DNA of 64,000 bases from Candidatus Bathyarchaeota archaeon (GTDB taxonomy: Archaea > Thermoproteota > Bathyarchaeia > Bathyarchaeales > Bathycorpusculaceae). This document shows, one piece after another, positions 37,902 through 48,555 of this stretch; position 1 is the first letter of the stretch; every line of letters begins with the position of its first letter. Made by a program: the position numbers and the translations under genes. The notes beneath the pieces were generated by a model. It saw only the letters and a list, made by a program, of their open reading frames with translations, was not told the origin of the DNA and did no database searches. The stretch covers positions 1,152,001-1,216,000 of the forward strand of contig OY970280.1 of assembly GCA_963715865.1 (NCBI GenBank), in the 5' to 3' direction.

Positions 37902-39266
37902 TTAGAGTCGTTTGATGTAGCGGTTGACTTCCCACTCCGTTACTTGCGTGCGGTATAGGTCCCATTCTTTGCGTTTTTCACGTAGGAAGTTTTCGAATGC
38001 AGTCTCGCCGAGTGTTTCACGCATTAAATCGCTGGTTTCCAGTTCATCAAGGGCTTCTTGTAGAGATTCTGGCAGGGAAACGATGTTTCGGGCTTTGCGT
38101 TCTTCGTACGTCATGTGGTAAACGTTTAATTCCACTGGATCGCCTGGATCAATCCTGTTCTTGATACCATCCAAACCAGTTGCTAGGAGCACTGCGAATT
38201 GCAGGTATGGGTTTCCTGCTCCATCTGGGCAGCGGATTTCGCATCTGGCAGCGTTTTTCCTGCCACCAAAGTTTGGCACACGGATGAGCGGTGAGCGGTT
38301 CTTGTGCGCCCAAGCAAGATATACTGGTGCTTCGTAGCCGGGAACTAATCGTTTGAAACTGTTTGGCCATGAATCAAGAATTGCACACATTTTGCGTCCG
38401 TGAGCTAGTTGTCCGCCGATGAAGTTTCTAGCTAAGTCTGATAAGTAACCGTTCTTTTCATCATCTGCGTAGAAGAGGTTTTGCGTTACAGTTTTGTTCC
38501 ATAGACTTTGGTGAGTATGCATTCCTGAACCATTTATGCCGGCGAATGGTTTAGGCATGTACGTGGTGACGTAACCGTTTCGTGCAGCGACTACTTTTCC
38601 GCACATTTTCATTGTTATTGTTCTGTCCGCGGTTTTTAGCGCTTCATCATACTTGAAATCGATTTCGTTTTGTCCTAAGGCAACTTCGTGGTGGGATATT
38701 TCTATTTCTATGCCGAAGGCTTCAGCCGTATCAGCTATTTCTCGTCTCAGGTCGTCGGTTAAGTCGCCAGGGTGAAAATCGAAGTAGCCTGCCATGTCTA
38801 TTGGTGTTGGCAAGCCTCCATTTTCGCCTTCTTTAACTATGAAGAATTCTAGTTCAGGAGCGCAAACGTACGTATAGCCTGCTTTGGCAGCTTTTTCGAT
38901 GACTCGTTCAAGAACGTATCGTGGGTCTCCTTCAAAGCGTTTATTCTGTGGAGTATAAATATCGCAGATAAGTCTGCAGGATGATTTTTCTTTTGGACGC
39001 CAAGGTAGAACTGCGAAGGTGGTTGGATCTGGGTATAGTACCATGTCTGATTCTTCGATAGGCCTGTAGCCAGTTATGGATGATCCGTCGAAAGGTTGGC
39101 CGTTTTCAAACACTGATTCAATGTTTTTTGAGCTTACAGCTAAATTCTTTAGCATGCCGTTTATGTCAGTGAATTGAAGTCTAATGAATTTAATCTCTTG
39201 TTCTTGTATTTGTTGAATTACTTTTGTTACATTTTCCTTCCATTTTGAATCTTTGAAATTTTTCAT
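37902..39266 (-). CDS. glnA: Glutamine synthetase type I (GSI-alpha-like)
   Basis: FDGSS..ESD, APELEF, HHEVA, NGSGMH, RLVPGYEAP, NRSPLIR, EIRCPD. Confidence 0.95.
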   Translation of the reverse strand: MKNFKDSKWKENVTKVIQQIQEQEIKFIRLQFTDINGMLKNLAVSSKNIESVFENGQPFDGSSITGYRPIEESDMVLYPDPTTFAVLPWRPKEKSSCRLICDIYTPQNKRFEGDPRYVLERVIEKAAKAGYTYVCAPELEFFIVKEGENGGLPTPIDMAGYFDFHPGDLTDDLRREIADTAEAFGIEIEISHHEVALGQNEIDFKYDEALKTADRTITMKMCGKVVAARNGYVTTYMPKPFAGINGSGMHTHQSLWNKTVTQNLFYADDEKNGYLSDLARNFIGGQLAHGRKMCAILDSWPNSFKRLVPGYEAPVYLAWAHKNRSPLIRVPNFGGRKNAARCEIRCPDGAGNPYLQFAVLLATGLDGIKNRIDPGDPVELNVYHMTYEERKARNIVSLPESLQEALDELETSDLMRETLGETAFENFLREKRKEWDLYRTQVTEWEVNRYIKRL

Positions 39267-39330
39267 TTTTTATCTTTCACCTATTGTCAGCGTTTGATCT
39301 TATTGTTATTTGGATAATTAAGCATAAAAA

Positions 39331-39345
39331 CGTATATAAGGTTTA
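39331..39345 (-). promoter_or_regulatory. Putative BRE-TATA promoter of glnA copy 1
   Basis: Minus strand AAACCTTATATACG ~70 nt upstream of ATG; similar element upstream of glnA copy 2. Confidence 0.45.
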
Positions 39346-39541
39346 GAAAACTGCATAATTATTCATAATTTTAAGTAAAAATTGAAAAATTGAACATGCA
39401 CAAGCTCTTTTGTTAACAAAATTTAAAGAATATGAATCTTTAATGAAAAATTGAAATTAAAAAAATTTAGTGCAAGATTGAGGTTTACTCAAATTCTTGC
39501 CAGATTTTAAGGTTTTACGGTAATTTGCTTTGTTGCTTGTT

Positions 39542-41002
39542 TTAGTAGTCTAAGTATTTCATTATTTCCCAAGGCGAAACGTACAGGCAGTATTGGTTCC
39601 AATCGTTTGTTTTCAGTTCAATGAACGCGTCGAAAACATGGCTGCCGAGGGTTTCTTTTATGACGTCGTCGCTCTTCATCTCTTCTAGGGCATCCTTTAA
39701 GTGTGGTTGGCAGTTCTTTTATGCCTAGCTCCTTGCGTTTAGCAGCAGATAATTTGTACACATCTTCGTCAACTGGATCGCCCGGTTCAATCTTCTTTTT
39801 TATTCCCTCAAGGCCAGCCATCATTATGCAGGAGAATGCCAGATACGAGTTGCAGGATGGGTCAACGCCTCGGTATTCAACACGTTTCTGTGCTGCATGT
39901 GAAGGACCTTTATAGTACATGGGAATGCGTGCAAGTGCAGACCTATTGCTCTGGACCACATGACGTATATTGGAGCTTCGAAGCCTGGAACGAGGCGTTT
40001 GTAGCTGCTTACGGTTGGGCAGCAGACCGCGGTTAGGGCTTTGGCGTGGGCGAGAATGCCTCCGACGTAGTACCTGCCGATTTGGCTGAGTTCTGCGTAG
40101 TCATCTTCTCCGTCATACATGGCGTTTTTGCCGTCTTTCCACAATGAGGAGTGGACGTGCATTCCGCTTGCGTTATCAAGGTAGATGGGTTTAGGCATGA
40201 ATGTGGCGATTAAACCGTGTTTTTTTGCGATGTTTTTGGCGACAAACTTGTAGTAGATCGCTCTGTCGGCTGTGTCTAGGAGTTCTCCGTATTTGTAGTC
40301 GATTTCTACTTGACCGACTGTGGCTACCTCATGGTGATGTTTCTCAATTGTTAAGCCGAAGTTGTCTTCCAGTACTTGTGAGACTTCATTTCTGTATGAG
40401 ACGGTGGTATCTTCGGGCGGGCTTCGGTAGTAGGCTTCTTTGGGTCTCAGAATGAAACCACCGTTGTTAATTTCTTCGGAATTAGGCACAACACGTGGCG
40501 CACCCCATGAATCTCCTTCACCGCCTTTCGGGCTAACCCATAGGTCCCAAGTTAACTTAGTCGGGTCGATTGAGGAGAAGACAAAGTGTTCAAGTTCAGG
40601 AGCGAAAATTCCAGTGTATCCCATGTCCTTAGCTGCTTTTACAGCTCTTTTCGCTACGTAGCCTCTTGGGCAGGCAACAGAAGGCTCTTTGCCGCCGAAA
40701 GCTTCCAAGGCATCGCCGAGTATGATTGCGCTTTTTTGTAGTTCATCAGTTACCCACGGCATGATGGCGAGTGTTTTTGCGTCCGGCATGAAAATCATGT
40801 CTGATTCTTCGATTGATTTGAAGCCGCGCACTGAGGATCCGTCGAAGCCTATGCCTTCTGTAAAGGCTGCGCCGCTTAGATATTCTCTGGCTGGGAGAAC
40901 CATGTCTTGGAGTATGCCTCTAACATCGACAAATGCTGAATGCACCCATCGAATATTATTTGCTTTGAGGGTTTCAATTGCTTTCTTTATTTGTTCATCC
41001 AT
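39542..41002 (-). pseudogene. glnA: Second glutamine synthetase type I with GSI-beta-like insertion; -1 indel near 39951 and +1 indel at 39696-39698
   Basis: Three reading segments join to ..[46 protein letters not shown]; total length is a multiple of 3; ATG 41002 after GGTGA (ORF track 41014). Confidence 0.9.
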
Positions 41003-41052
41003 GACTTTCACCATATTAAATCATATGTTTTGGAATTCACTTAAAACATAAA

Positions 41053-41066
41053 CATATATAAGCTTA
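41053..41066 (-). promoter_or_regulatory. Putative BRE-TATA promoter of glnA copy 2
   Basis: Minus strand AAGCTTATATATG ~55 nt upstream of ATG. Confidence 0.45.
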
Positions 41067-41163
41067 TCCCTAAAATGTTTGAATAAACGTTCACTAAAAA
41101 AGGCGAAATGCTAAGTCAAATTAAAGCGGTTAAAGCAAAAGAATGGTTAATTACAATTTTAGG

Positions 41164-41637
41164 CTAAAACTTACTTTTCGTTTCTCTACGCAAAAAATCC
41201 CCAACATCTAGTATGTTCTTAACCGCAACCTTACCCTCAGACCCATCTATGCCATCCATTATCTTGCCGAAACCAAGGCACTCACCGAACTCATTAAGCA
41301 CCAAAGTGGCATCACCCTTCCGCTTTGACCCCATTACCTTCAATATTCCTGTTCGAAAAACGTCTCTTCCGCAGATGAAAAGCCAAGCTACCTTCCTGTC
41401 AACCACCACCTTGTTCGCTGCCACATTCACAAGCATGTTTAACAGGTTGAAGCTTGGAAAGAAAATGCCATTCTTCACCTTGCCAAGATACAAACCAGCA
41501 TAGTAAAAGTCGCCTTGCAGCATGCTTTTCAGGCGAGGGTTCAAGAGATAATAACGTTGACCCTTTTCAATGACGAATTCTGGATTAAAGCTGATTTTGC
41601 TGCCGAAACGAGATGCAAAGACTTCAATCGGCTTCAT
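41164..41637 (-). CDS. Nip7-like PUA-domain ribosome biogenesis protein
   Basis: AGLYLGK..FFPS, AWLFICGRD, VLNEFGECLGFG, DVGDFLRRE; TAATG coupling to RsmB gene. Confidence 0.8.
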   Translation of the reverse strand: MKPIEVFASRFGSKISFNPEFVIEKGQRYYLLNPRLKSMLQGDFYYAGLYLGKVKNGIFFPSFNLLNMLVNVAANKVVVDRKVAWLFICGRDVFRTGILKVMGSKRKGDATLVLNEFGECLGFGKIMDGIDGSEGKVAVKNILDVGDFLRRETKSKF

Positions 41638-42524
41638 TACGCCCCAACCTTCTTTAGTTTGCATACAAAGAAACCCTGTGTTTCCCCTGGCCAGATTCTT
41701 TTGCAATGTGCCACTGAAGGGTCAAGTTTTCTGCCGAAAACCTCAGTCAACCCGTTCTCGCCTGGACAAGCTATTTCCTGAGTCTGCAGTCCCAAGTTTT
41801 TGACTGACCAGTCCATGTTTAACTCGTCTTCCTCAGGCTCCAACGAGCAGGTGGAATAAAGGATTTCACCATCCGAGGCTAGACACTTTACAGCTTCAGC
41901 TAAAATTTCCTTTTGCACTTGCGCGTTCCGCTCCACATCGGCGAAGGTTCTTCGATTGAACCATTCTTTGTCAGAAGCGAAGTTGCCTGAGCAAGGAACA
42001 TCCAACAGTATGCGGTCAAACGTGCGGTTCAGCTTTGTAGCTTGCCGAGCATCGAGATTGTAGACGATTGTGTTGCTGATGTGGCAGCGCTCTAAATGGT
42101 TCGCCATCGCGGCTAACCGTTTCTTGTTAATGTCTAATGCTGTTATGGTGCCGCTGTTTGCCATGAGGTCAGCAAGTTGAACGGTTTTTCCTCCGGGCGC
42201 TGCACAGGCATCAAGCACCGTTTTGCCTTTCAAGGCGGTGAAGAGCGTGGCTGGGATTTGGGCTGCTGCTTCCTGAATTGAGTACATGCCAAGCAGGTAT
42301 TCGGCTGTGGCACCCACTGAAAATTTTGATTTGGTTATCCAGTATCCTGCTGGCAAAAAAGGCACTTTCTCAAGATCAACGCCTGAACTGCGGAGTCTTT
42401 CTGGGAGGTTTTTGCCTTTAGCGTTGGTTTGGTTTATCCGAATTGATTGTCTGAGCTTGGTTTCCTTAAATTTCCAGCCGAGTTGTGCGTAGCGGTTTAT
42501 GAAAAATTGTTTGCCAGACATCAA
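41637..42524 (-). CDS. RsmB/NOP family RNA m5C methyltransferase
   Basis: IQEAAAQIP, VLDACAAPGGKT, ILLDVPCSG, YSTCSL. Confidence 0.92.
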   Translation of the reverse strand: MMSGKQFFINRYAQLGWKFKETKLRQSIRINQTNAKGKNLPERLRSSGVDLEKVPFLPAGYWITKSKFSVGATAEYLLGMYSIQEAAAQIPATLFTALKGKTVLDACAAPGGKTVQLADLMANSGTITALDINKKRLAAMANHLERCHISNTIVYNLDARQATKLNRTFDRILLDVPCSGNFASDKEWFNRRTFADVERNAQVQKEILAEAVKCLASDGEILYSTCSLEPEEDELNMDWSVKNLGLQTQEIACPGENGLTEVFGRKLDPSVAHCKRIWPGETQGFFVCKLKKVGA

Positions 42525-42580
42525 CTCTACATTGGACTAACCAAATAAAAAGCTTTCAAGAATTGCCAAGAGATGCCCGG

Positions 42581-45349
42581 TTAAGTGTGGTCATGCACCT
42601 TAAGCGCTTCTGCACTGGTTTTTGTGAATTTTCGGCTGAAGAACTTTCGGATTTCCTCAGCGAAAACCACGATCACAGCCAGCGACAGCAGAAATGCCCA
42701 GTCACTTAGGTTGAGCGCTGTTGTTGTGAAGATGCCTTGCATTACTGGAACGTATATTAGTAGTGAAAGGATTCCGATTTGCGAGATGATGCCGAAGATT
42801 ATCCACTTGTTAGTTTTCAAGCTTGTTCTAAAGATTGACTGCTTGCTGGTTCGACATGCCAAGACGTTACCTGCTTGAGCCACCACAATGCCGGCAAAAG
42901 TCATAGTCACACCTTTGGCGTAAACTTGGCTATCAGCAGCCAACTGCATTCCAAAATGCCATCCGCCTGCAGCCCAAGCGTTAAGGCACCCAATCATAGC
43001 TCCCGTAGCAATTATGACTCCGATGAATACTGACCGTAGCAGAACCTTACGGGTAAACAGTCTCTCCTTGATGCTTCTGGGTGGCTCCTGCATGATCCCT
43101 GCTTCAGGAGGTTCACGGCTTAAAGCCAACGAAGGAATAACGTCGATGGCGAGGTCTATGGCTAACACTTGCGGTACAAGCAGCGGCAAAGGAATGCCTA
43201 ACACGGCGTACAGTATGAACGGAATCAGTTCAGCCCAGTTGTGCGAAAACACGTAAACAATAAACTTGCGGATATTTTCGTAAATTGCTCTGCCAGACTC
43301 AATGGCTTTCACGATGGACGCAAAACTGTCGTTCAGCAAAACGATGTCTGCAGCTTCACGGGCTACATCAGTGCCTGTCGCACCCATAGCAACGCCTATG
43401 TCCGCTTCCTTAAGCGAAGGTGCATCATTGGCTCCGTCACCAGTGACAGCCACCACTTCAGCACTTTGCTTGAGAACCGTAACGATTCGAAGCTTTTGCT
43501 CAGGTGAAACACGCGCAAAAATCACGTTCCCTCTTCGCACTTGGTCAATAATTGCTTGGTCGCTTAAATTTTCCAAGTCTACGCCGCGAACTATCTGGCA
43601 ACACTGCCGCTCAACAATCCCAACTTCCTGAGCAATAGCCTGCGCAGTCGGACCATAGTCCCCCGTGATTATGATGGTTTTCACTCCTGCTTGCTTTGCC
43701 TTCAAAACGGCGTCTTTAACTTCTGTTCTTGGAGGATCACGCATTGCAGCCAAACCGACGAAAATTAGGTCTTTTTCGACCTCGACGCCTTTAGTGTACT
43801 CGTTTTTGGGCAGCCTCTTGTAGGCTACAGCTATGACACGTAAGCCTTCGTTGGCGAACTCATGGATTTGCGATTCTATAAGCATCATGTTTTCTTCGTT
43901 TAACTCTTCAACTTTGCCGTCAACAAGCACTTTACTGCAAACATCCAAGGTGTTCCTTGGAGCACCTTTCGTGTAAATGTAAACGTCACCGTTCAAACTG
44001 TGAACGGTAGTCATGCGTTTCCGCTCAAAACTGAAGGGCAAGACATGCACAATCGGTTTCTCATCCAAAGCATTCTGAACGTTCACGCTTGATTTAAGTG
44101 CGGCAACAAGCAAAGCGCCGTCAGTTGGGTCACCTATCACACTCCAATTTCTGTTTCTATCCGAAGGAGGATCAAGCTTCGCTCCGTTGCAGAGTGAAGC
44201 AATCTCAAGAAGCTTCTCCAGAGAACCTCTTTGCCCTTCCTGTAGTGGCTGACCGTTTATGGTAAAATCGCCTTCAGGCTTATAGCCTAAGCCGGAGACA
44301 TCCACAACGTAGTCGTAAACCCACAGCTTGTTTACAGTCATTTCGCCTTTGGTTATTGTGCCTGTTTTATCGGTGCAAATGACGGTTACACTGCCTAAAG
44401 TTTGCACAGCAGATAACCGCTTTACCAAAACGTTCTGCTTCACCATTTTCAAAACGTTGATGGCTAAGGCGCTGGAAACGGTTACTTGCAAGCCTTCAGG
44501 AACACAGCAGACCATTACACCGATCATGAAAAAAATGCTTGTGGCAAGAGAGGCATGCAAGAAAAGAAAACTAGCAGCAAAGAAAACTGTGCCTACAGCA
44601 ACAGCAATTATGAAATCGTATTTTGCTGTAAACGCGATTTCTTTCTGAAGTGGGCTTTCCTCTTCACGGATTGTCTGAGTTAAATTAGCAATTTTCCCAA
44701 ACTGAGTATCCATGCCAGTTGAATAAACAACAGCTTTTCCTTGACCTTTCGCGACGCTGGTACTCATGAAAACGAGGTTAGTTGCATACACGTAGGCTTT
44801 CTCAACCGTTTTCACTGCTTCAGCAACGCGTGGTTGCGGTTCAGATTCACCTGTTAACGGAACGTTATTAGTCCATAAATCAAAAGCTTCAATCAATCGC
44901 GCATCCGCTGGTACACGGTCACCCTCGTCCAAAGATATGATGTCTCCAGGAACAATTTCTCTAACTGAGATTTTTTTGAGTTCTCCATCACGAATTACCT
45001 TTGCAAACTCAGGCATCCAGCTTTTCAAGGTTGCCATAGCTTTTTCTGCACGCGACTCTTGGAACATGCTCACAAAAATGTTTACAAAAACAACTGCAAG
45101 TATGATTAAGGCAAGGTCTGGATTGCCACTTATGTAAGATAAAATGCTTGCAACGAGCAGTAAGATGCCAAATAAGTCTCGAAGATGCCTAATAAATTTG
45201 TGAATAAAAGGAATTTGCCTTTTTTCAGAAAGTTTGTTGTAGCCGTATTTTTTTAGTCGAAGTTTAGCCTCTTCGCTCGTTAATCCGTTCGGATTAGTCT
45301 TCAGGTCGTCGAAGACTTCATTAATAGGCATAGAAGCAGCTTTTTCCAA
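42581..45349 (-). CDS. P-type cation-transporting ATPase (type II)
   Basis: TGES, VPEGL, DKTGT, KGAP, TGD, GDGAND. Confidence 0.95.
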   Translation of the reverse strand: MEKAASMPINEVFDDLKTNPNGLTSEEAKLRLKKYGYNKLSEKRQIPFIHKFIRHLRDLFGILLLVASILSYISGNPDLALIILAVVFVNIFVSMFQESRAEKAMATLKSWMPEFAKVIRDGELKKISVREIVPGDIISLDEGDRVPADARLIEAFDLWTNNVPLTGESEPQPRVAEAVKTVEKAYVYATNLVFMSTSVAKGQGKAVVYSTGMDTQFGKIANLTQTIREEESPLQKEIAFTAKYDFIIAVAVGTVFFAASFLFLHASLATSIFFMIGVMVCCVPEGLQVTVSSALAINVLKMVKQNVLVKRLSAVQTLGSVTVICTDKTGTITKGEMTVNKLWVYDYVVDVSGLGYKPEGDFTINGQPLQEGQRGSLEKLLEIASLCNGAKLDPPSDRNRNWSVIGDPTDGALLVAALKSSVNVQNALDEKPIVHVLPFSFERKRMTTVHSLNGDVYIYTKGAPRNTLDVCSKVLVDGKVEELNEENMMLIESQIHEFANEGLRVIAVAYKRLPKNEYTKGVEVEKDLIFVGLAAMRDPPRTEVKDAVLKAKQAGVKTIIITGDYGPTAQAIAQEVGIVERQCCQIVRGVDLENLSDQAIIDQVRRGNVIFARVSPEQKLRIVTVLKQSAEVVAVTGDGANDAPSLKEADIGVAMGATGTDVAREAADIVLLNDSFASIVKAIESGRAIYENIRKFIVYVFSHNWAELIPFILYAVLGIPLPLLVPQVLAIDLAIDVIPSLALSREPPEAGIMQEPPRSIKERLFTRKVLLRSVFIGVIIATGAMIGCLNAWAAGGWHFGMQLAADSQVYAKGVTMTFAGIVVAQAGNVLACRTSKQSIFRTSLKTNKWIIFGIISQIGILSLLIYVPVMQGIFTTTALNLSDWAFLLSLAVIVVFAEEIRKFFSRKFTKTSAEALKVHDHT

Positions 45350-45813
45350 ATAAACTCCGCCAAAACCTCAGTGAAACAAGTAAGTTATGAACAACCCCAA
45401 CAATAAGAGAACACTGTTGACGCTAAGGAAACGTTCAATGAATTATATCCTTGAGCCGAAATGGATTGAAAGCACATTCATATCCTCAGCGTTTAACTTA
45501 ATCACATAGGCATTTTTAAAGACTATTTTTGGCTTTATTGTTGCTTGTTGAATTTAAACTAATCGGAGGCATAGTTGATTTAAATCGTGAATTATCAATA
45601 GTTTTTCTATTCATTTATTCTTTTTTCTCCTTTGAAATTTATTTTTCACTATAGGAAAATTTAGTTCTTTTATGCTTTTTTGCGAATTAGGCTTAACCAA
45701 CTTGCGAATTAAGCAACCGCTTACTTGTTAGCAAGAGGAATGTACTCGGTGAATTTTGAGCTTTAGATTAAGCTAAACTTAGAATTTCTGATAAGGAATT
45801 ACCGAGAATTGGT

Positions 45814-45850
45814 TACTACGTACATTATAGCCCTTAGCATGTACGTAGTA
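45814..45850. repeat. Perfect 12-bp inverted repeat TACTACGTACAT / ATGTACGTAGTA with 13-nt spacer
   Basis: Read directly; the left arm recurs downstream of EF-2. Confidence 0.85.
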
Positions 45851-46104
45851 GAAATAATTTTGACCTTACTTTTATCAAGAATTGCTCGAAATACCTAAAT
45901 TGTTTGAAGAAAAAAATATTTTGCGGTTGATTGCGCATGCGTGAATTATCAGAGCGTTTCAAAAAAGGATGCCATAAAGTTAATAGGTTGCAAATTCCCT
46001 TTCCATGTAGCTTATCAATTTCGAGAGATTACTAAAATGCCGCATATAATTAAAAAACAAGCCTTTCATGTGATAAATGCAATCAAAATGGAGACTGCAT
46101 AATT

Positions 46105-48321
46105 ATGGCACGTTACAGGCAAACAGAAGAAATCGTTAAACTGATGAACAACCCAGAAATCATTCGCAACACTAGCATTATCGCCCATGTAGACCACGGA
46201 AAAACCACTCTCTCAGACAGCCTTTTAGCTGCAGCAGGCATTATCAGCACGCAAACCGCTGGACAGAAACTGTTCCTTGACTCATGGGATCTTGAGCAGA
46301 AACGTCAAATGACCGTTTTCGCCTCAAATGTCAGCCTGGTCCACACTTACAATCGCCAAGATTACCTCATCAACCTCATCGATACACCTGGTCACATTGA
46401 CTTCTCTGGTGCAGTAACAAGAAGCCTCAGAGCAGTCGACGGTGCACTTGTGGTTGTGGATGCCGTTGAAGGACCCATGACTCAAACAGAAACTGTCTTG
46501 ATGCAGGCTTTGCGCGAACGTGTAAAACCAATTCTTTTCATAAACAAGGTTGATAGACTCATAAAAGAAATCAAGCTTACACCTCAGGAGATTCAAAGAA
46601 AATTCGCTAAGATTCTCCTAAGAGTAAACAATTTAATTGAGAAGTATGCACCTGCAGAGCACAAGAAAGATTGGCAGGTCACGGTTGAAGATGGTCGTGT
46701 GGCTTTTGGTTCAGCGCTTCATAAATGGGGTTTGAACATTGACCACATGAAACTAAAGAAAGTTACCTTCCAAGACATCATTGACGCTTACAGTGGTGCA
46801 CCTGAAGATGTTGGGAGAAAAGTCGATGAATTAAGCAAGAGAGCACCGTTGCACGAACCAGTCCTAGATATGTTCTGCAAACACTTACCTAATCCTTTTC
46901 AAGCGCAACCGTACAGACAACCTCAGATTTGGCCAGGAGATGTCAACAGTCCAACAGGTCAAGGCATGGCGAAAGTGGACCCTAATGCTCCTTTGCTTAT
47001 GTGTATATCCACCATTGAAGTTGATCAACACAGCGGAACAGTTGCAATTGGCAGAATTTTCAGTGGTTCGGTTACTAGAGGTAAAGTGGTCCAGCTTGTA
47101 AGCAGTAGCCAGAAGGGCACTGTACAGCAGGTTTTCATGAGTATGGCGACAGACCGTGTTATCATTGACCGTGTTCCAGCAGGCAACATTGGAGCGATCT
47201 CAGGTTTACCATCCATACATGTCGGTGAAACTATTGCTGAAGATGGTGTAGAAGTGCACTCGTTTGAAGGGTTAAGATATGTTACAGACCCGGTTGTAAC
47301 CGTGGCTGTTGAGCCAGAAGACGTCAAAGACCTGCCATTGTTTGATAAAGTCATGCACAAACTCACTACAGAAGATCCTAACCTGCACTTTATTATGAAC
47401 CAAGAAAGCGGCGAATTCCTTCTGTCGGGTATGGGTGAACTTCACCTTGAAATCACGGCTTACCGCATGCAGGAAGCAGGCTTGAAAGTTAAACTAAGCA
47501 AACCAATTGTTATCTACCGAGAAACCATAAGTCACGATTATCGTGGTCCAGCAATAATGGGTAAAAGCCCAAACAAACACAATAAGCTCTGGATAACCAT
47601 CGAAAAATTATCTGACGATGTGATTGAAGCGATAAAGTCTGAAAAAATTAGTGATATGCAAAGCAGAGACGAGAGAACCAAAGTTCTTAGAAGCTTAGGT
47701 TGGGCACCAGATGATGCTAAGGGCGTAGTAGCTGTTGAAGAAGACAACGTCCTTTGTAATCGTATTAGAGGAAGACAATACGTTGATGAAATCATTGATC
47801 ATATTAAAATTGGATTCCGCGAAGCAGTGCATACTTCACCTTTAGCTAAGGAACCAGCATATGGCTTGAAAATCAACCTTGAAGACATTACGGTCCACGA
47901 AGACCCAGTTCACAGAGGTCCAGCACAAGCTATCCCGATGACTTGGAGACCAATATATTGCGCTATATTATTGAGTGATCCAAAACTGCTTGAGCCGCTC
48001 TTAAGTTTTGAATGCAAAGTTCCAAGTGAATTCGTCAGTTCCGTTATCACTTTACTTAACAAGCGACGCGGCAAAATCTTAGACATGCCTTCTGAAGAAG
48101 ATATGATTACTGTTAAAGCTGAGATGCCAGTTTCTGAAAGCTTCGGAATAGCTGATGAATTACGCAGTTCCACACAGGGCAGGGCTTTCTGGGCGACTCA
48201 GTTTAGCCGTTGGGCGCCAGTTCCAGAGCAGTTGCAAGCTGACACAATAAAGAAGATTCGTGAACGTAGAGGTTTGCCGCCGGTTCCGCCGAAACCGGAA
48301 GAGTACTTTGAGTCGGAGTAA
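46105..48321 (+). CDS. fusA: Elongation factor EF-2, stand-alone, probable paralog
   Basis: AHVDHGKTT, DTPGH, NKVD, SGMGELHLE, HEDPVHRG; switch I reads EQKRQMTV instead of RGITI. Confidence 0.92.
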   Translation: MARYRQTEEIVKLMNNPEIIRNTSIIAHVDHGKTTLSDSLLAAAGIISTQTAGQKLFLDSWDLEQKRQMTVFASNVSLVHTYNRQDYLINLIDTPGHIDFSGAVTRSLRAVDGALVVVDAVEGPMTQTETVLMQALRERVKPILFINKVDRLIKEIKLTPQEIQRKFAKILLRVNNLIEKYAPAEHKKDWQVTVEDGRVAFGSALHKWGLNIDHMKLKKVTFQDIIDAYSGAPEDVGRKVDELSKRAPLHEPVLDMFCKHLPNPFQAQPYRQPQIWPGDVNSPTGQGMAKVDPNAPLLMCISTIEVDQHSGTVAIGRIFSGSVTRGKVVQLVSSSQKGTVQQVFMSMATDRVIIDRVPAGNIGAISGLPSIHVGETIAEDGVEVHSFEGLRYVTDPVVTVAVEPEDVKDLPLFDKVMHKLTTEDPNLHFIMNQESGEFLLSGMGELHLEITAYRMQEAGLKVKLSKPIVIYRETISHDYRGPAIMGKSPNKHNKLWITIEKLSDDVIEAIKSEKISDMQSRDERTKVLRSLGWAPDDAKGVVAVEEDNVLCNRIRGRQYVDEIIDHIKIGFREAVHTSPLAKEPAYGLKINLEDITVHEDPVHRGPAQAIPMTWRPIYCAILLSDPKLLEPLLSFECKVPSEFVSSVITLLNKRRGKILDMPSEEDMITVKAEMPVSESFGIADELRSSTQGRAFWATQFSRWAPVPEQLQADTIKKIRERRGLPPVPPKPEEYFESE

Positions 48322-48364
48322 TTGACCGCTTAATCTTCTTTTCTTTTCATTTTGTTAGCAAAAA

Positions 48365-48379
48365 GGTTACTACGTACAT
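48365..48379 (+). repeat. 15-bp direct repeat GGTTACTACGTACAT, identical to 45811-45825
   Basis: Exact match on both sides of the EF-2 gene. Confidence 0.85.
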
Positions 48380-48555
48380 ACAGCATCTTACATACGAATT
48401 CTATTGAGCTATTGGAAAGCAGTTTAGCCTAGATTTTTTAGTTGCAACTAATCGCGGCGCAATAGTCGCAACTATTGAGCCTGCTTCTGGCGCATTTATG
48501 ATAAAGACAGCTTCCCTTGGAGAACGGTTGGTAGAGATTCAAAGGATAGGGACAT

